Shown here one piece after another: positions 36,121 to 64,000 of a DNA stretch of 64,000 nucleotides. Position numbers and translations under genes: made by a program. The DNA is from Macrostomum lignano (lineage: Eukaryota). The notes under the pieces are model-generated. The model ran no database searches. It was given only the letters and a program-made list of their open reading frames with translations, and was not told where the DNA came from. The first letter of the stretch is position 1, and every line of letters begins with the position of its first letter. The stretch covers positions 58,242 to 122,241 of the forward strand of contig NIVC01000431.1 in the NCBI GenBank assembly GCA_002269645.1. The letters are read 5' to 3'.

Positions 36121-38309
36121 CATTAGCAGTGAAGCCTCTGACAGCTTCTAAAATTTTTTTCATAGCAGGTCATTCAAGACAGTCGCTTCACGCCAAGTCG
36201 CATTTTACCCTCTCGGTGTCCCTGCACCCTTTTTTGTCGGCAGTTACCATTGCTTACTGAGCAATTTCTATCAAACTTTCCAACCCAGTCAATCGGACTC
36301 ACAAAGTCCAGAATCCAATTCCTCCATCGCACCCCAATGCAGTCCGATTCAATGCAAGCAGCTCAAATAAGACTCAAGTCAATAAGCCCCATTTCCATCC
36401 TTAATTAACGCGCCAATTTCATAATAGGCAGGCAGACGGGGTAGCTCACACAGGACAGAGGGAGAGAGAGGCGGACCTGATTAAGCCGTGGCACTATTTG
36501 CAAAGGCTCAAAGCAGCCGACTGCAATATTGTTGTCTAACAGTGAGAGCCGCTGAGCGGACAAATCAAATGCTGGGGCAGTCCGTGCCTCACTGCCACTG
36601 ACACAGCTAGGTGTCAGAGCCCATGCCGAGGCGTGTTTGCCAAAATCTATTCAGGTAGAGTACTTGATGAACCAGTTAAAGTAGTTGCTAAATTAATTAT
36701 CTACTTAGTAAGTACCGCTCGCTCTTCAGGTGAAGAGGCCGCCGTTTTGCTGCATCAATTTCCGAGGAGACACGTCGAGAAAAGCGATTTAATCCGTATG
36801 ATTACAATTAAATAATTGATTCGAATGAATATATCTGTAATTTGACTGATTTTAAATGCATCATAAGGACCCAGCACGCACACGAATACGTGCTCATACG
36901 AAGTGTACGTGAGCGGCTTAAGCGTCCTAAGACTAATTTTTGTAGAATCATTGTGGAATCGAACCTGGGACTGTATTTGGAGCCGAAATTTGAGCGCATT
37001 TCTGTTTCCCCCTACGTGTGTCAATCCTGACTCTGTCACCGTTAGTTAATTGATCTGCTTTTGTCAAGAGTCACTTGTTTGTTAATTCATAAAGATGCAA
37101 AACTGGTCCATTGTGACGCAAAAAAGCCTGAAGTAGCGCGATGTGCTGTAATCTAGTTAATCCAGCAAAGACAATTTACCGCATGAGAGTTCCTCTCAGC
37201 TAGAATGCCATGGCGAGCCAGTCCGCCAAAAGTGCCACTTTTCACGCTAAGCCAGAAGAAAAAAGCTTAGTTTTAGAGACCAATCGACTGAATTCGTGTG
37301 GACTGGCTTGATTGGGGACCGCGCACTGACCGGCAGACAGGCGGAGATCAAGTGGCTTCTTGAGCATATTTTGGGCTCACTTCATTCAAGTTGTTGGCAC
37401 GACAAACTTACACCCACGACACTCGGCTAGAGACTGTTTAGCGTTTTTAGCTTTTGTCTCGCGCACGCGCTCTTAATGATGCTATGAGAGTACAAATTTC
37501 ACCTGAGAACTGGGAGCAGAGTTTTATTATAAACTAGCTAGAGAGTAACTGAGAAGTTGGGTACAACGGGTATTAGAATAGATTCTGAGATGGGTTAGAG
37601 AGAGAGAGAAAGGAAGTGCACAAGGGAAGTGCGCCCATTGTTTGTGGCTTTGTTTTAAGCTCTTCACCTCGCGCAGCTCTCATTTCCGCTACTCTCCCAG
37701 AAGTCACGCACTCTTTCATTTTTTTTGTGTTCTGAGATTCACTCTCGTTCTGCACGCTCTGTGTGGCTATCAGAGTTAGTAAGTTAAACGGAGCATAAAT
37801 TTGTTTCTTAACTAACTATTTAGATCAGAAATTTTTTAAATCCAGCATTCATCTTCTCATTGTCTGTCCCGCGCACTGCCATTCATGCAAACAACTCTCT
37901 GGTTGGTGGATCGATCAACAGCCAATAGAAATTTGTCTGTCAGGGCGGCTTTTGTCACACTTGCCCACACACGGACCTTGAGCCGCTGGACAGAGGAGGC
38001 GTCGCGCTCTCCGTGGTTGGCTACTCAAACTGAGCCGGCAGACAGCTGGAGGAATAGAAAAAAAAGCTACAAAAGTCTGGCACTGGGACAGTCCACGCGC
38101 TGTATTTCTGGCTCAGGTCATCAGATTTGCCTTGATTGCTACTGAAGCAGACTAACTGTTGGGTTCAGGTGTGCTGCCACTAGCACATAGCGAAGATTCA
38201 CTGGCCTTTGGAATGGTCTCTGTCTGATCCTAAATCCCAAGTCCCTTTATAAAGCGCTAGATTCGTTTTTGAGAACTCGAATTTCGGAAATTGGCCCCCC
38301 GCGACCGAT

Positions 38310-62175
<23,866 letters not shown>

Positions 62176-64000
62176 CCAACAATGACTATGAGGACGGCTG
62201 GATGTGAGCTCGACTTTCTTGAGGATTCACACAATTTTTCGAAGATGAAGGCAGGGGTAAGAGGCTGAAATGCAATTTGAAAATTCTATCTAAGAGTTCG
62301 CGGTTATTATTTTTTTACTTACGAACTCAAAAGTTTCTCAATTGCTTCCAGAAAGTATGGCATTAAGATCGCATGGTCTGTGCAGACTAAAAACATGTTT
62401 TCGATAGATCTTGGTCGAGTATCAGTCCATACAGTCCTCGAGTCCTTGCAGTCCGCTTCCCGGAAGTTTCCCAAATTCCCTGTTTTGTTCTGTTGGCTTC
62501 TCACTAACTGGATTTTTTGCTGCTCAGTGTCCGCCAATGTTTTTGAGTATTCAATAAAAACTGTATGTACCTTTTATATGTGAGAAACGATTACAGATAC
62601 AAATTTGCTTAACCTGACTACTGAGTGATCAAATTATTATATTTTGCTTCAATGAATCGTCTGTAATGGATTGTTAACCTGTCGGCATGGCATGCTGTAA
62701 ATTCTGCGATAATACTTATTTCTTGAAATTGTTATGTGATTTTTTCGCTATATAAAGCAACTATATTGCTGTTTACTGTAATTGTTGAAACAATTTTAAA
62801 CCTGAGTTATTAGTCATGTGATTTATTATTAGCATCACTAGTGTGTCCTCATGTTATCCATAAAACTGAGACGTACATTTATCCCAGAAAAGGGTGAAAA
62901 TGCAAGTAAAAGCATTGTGCAACGTATTACTAGCAGTAGCTAGCAAAAAATTCAAATTTGCGCCATAAACCCGCTCTACACTACGGGCACCTCATTTGAC
63001 ACATGGACCTTCTCCAGCCCAGCAGACAATTAATTTTGTTTATTTATTAGAGACAATAAATTCACAAATCGATGAGCGTATAATAAATATCGTCAAGGAA
63101 TCGCATCAGGGTAATGAATATTTCATGATCTTCGTTATTTGATCTTAATTTTAAGGCAGTTAATTAATTAATTAGTTATTCATTGTGCCTTGAATTCATT
63201 TGTCGGAGAGCGACACAGGGCGATCAGCCTCTACCAAGCAAGACCAAAATACGTCGTATGCAAATACTCCACGCACAAACACGTTCTTTTGCTACAAATT
63301 CAAATTTATCTGCACCACTGCTGGCGCCTCATGCTGAGCTTCCTCATGCTCAGTGCCCTGGTGTCGTTCACCAAATCAACTGCTCTGGTGATCCAAGTGG
63401 GGGAAAACCAAGGCACCACCTGTACCCAGGCTCTCTTGCACGGTCACTTCTTTTTTGTTACCAAATAAACCCGACGATGTACCTCGAGGAGAGCAAAAAG
63501 GGCGTCCAGATATTCACTTTATATGGTTCTTCCGGTCACGTAGCAAATCAGCCAACTCAAGTGCGAATAACTCAGGTAAAGTGCGACACATTCAGGTCAG
63601 TTGGCAGAAAGTCGAATCCGGCTGCAGATTGCCACTTCATACTGTATATTTACCAAAAACCAAGTCAATTGCATCATAAGTCATTTCGAGTAGCAGCCAT
63701 TTACTGTCTTTGTTGCACTTTGGTTTGTCTTTCTGTTGTATCCATCCGTCAGTTGTCATTGCGCAACGGTGAGTAAATACTTGAAGTACTGAGAAGCGCT
63801 CAGATTGACAGTCGGTCAGTGCTTTAAATTCGCATGACTCGTTACATTATTAAATATCGCTACTATAACTTTGCTACTCAAATCAGGGCATGCAACTTTG
63901 CCATGCCAGCTCAGACAAGGAATTCCTTCATTTTACAATGAAGGCCTCACGCAACGTTGTACTTTAATCGCAAGAATTTGCATAATGCACCGAATTTAAA

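Overview
Eukaryotic (animal) genomic DNA rich in repeats and introns. GT-AG introns, GC3-rich exons, (GATA)n/(GACA)n/(GGTT)n tracts and many intronic minisatellites suggest a free-living flatworm such as Macrostomum (inference only). Host genes reconstructed by hand: (1) a 2-exon glycine-zipper protein (11095-11931, -); (2) a tandem array of secreted signal peptide-WSC-PAN/apple genes (14693-26554, -), with two intact copies, one out-of-phase copy and one relic, sharing an RFX X-box-like promoter module; (3) a class A GPCR with a GC-AG intron and non-canonical 2.50/6.48 residues (31923-33590, +); (4) an ~11-exon DEG/ENaC-family gene spread over ~24 kb (38310-62175, +), with a ~220-aa extracellular insertion and a TM2 lacking the Gly/GxS motifs. 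Mobile DNA: a full-length decayed Mag-like Ty3/Gypsy LTR element inside a WSC-PAN intron, three non-LTR fragments (one RNase H-bearing, two RTE-like), two hAT MITEs with 8-bp TSDs, CORE-type tRNA SINEs, a foldback element and fossil coding frames. All splice models and alignments were done by eye and need confirmation with RNA-seq and HMM searches.
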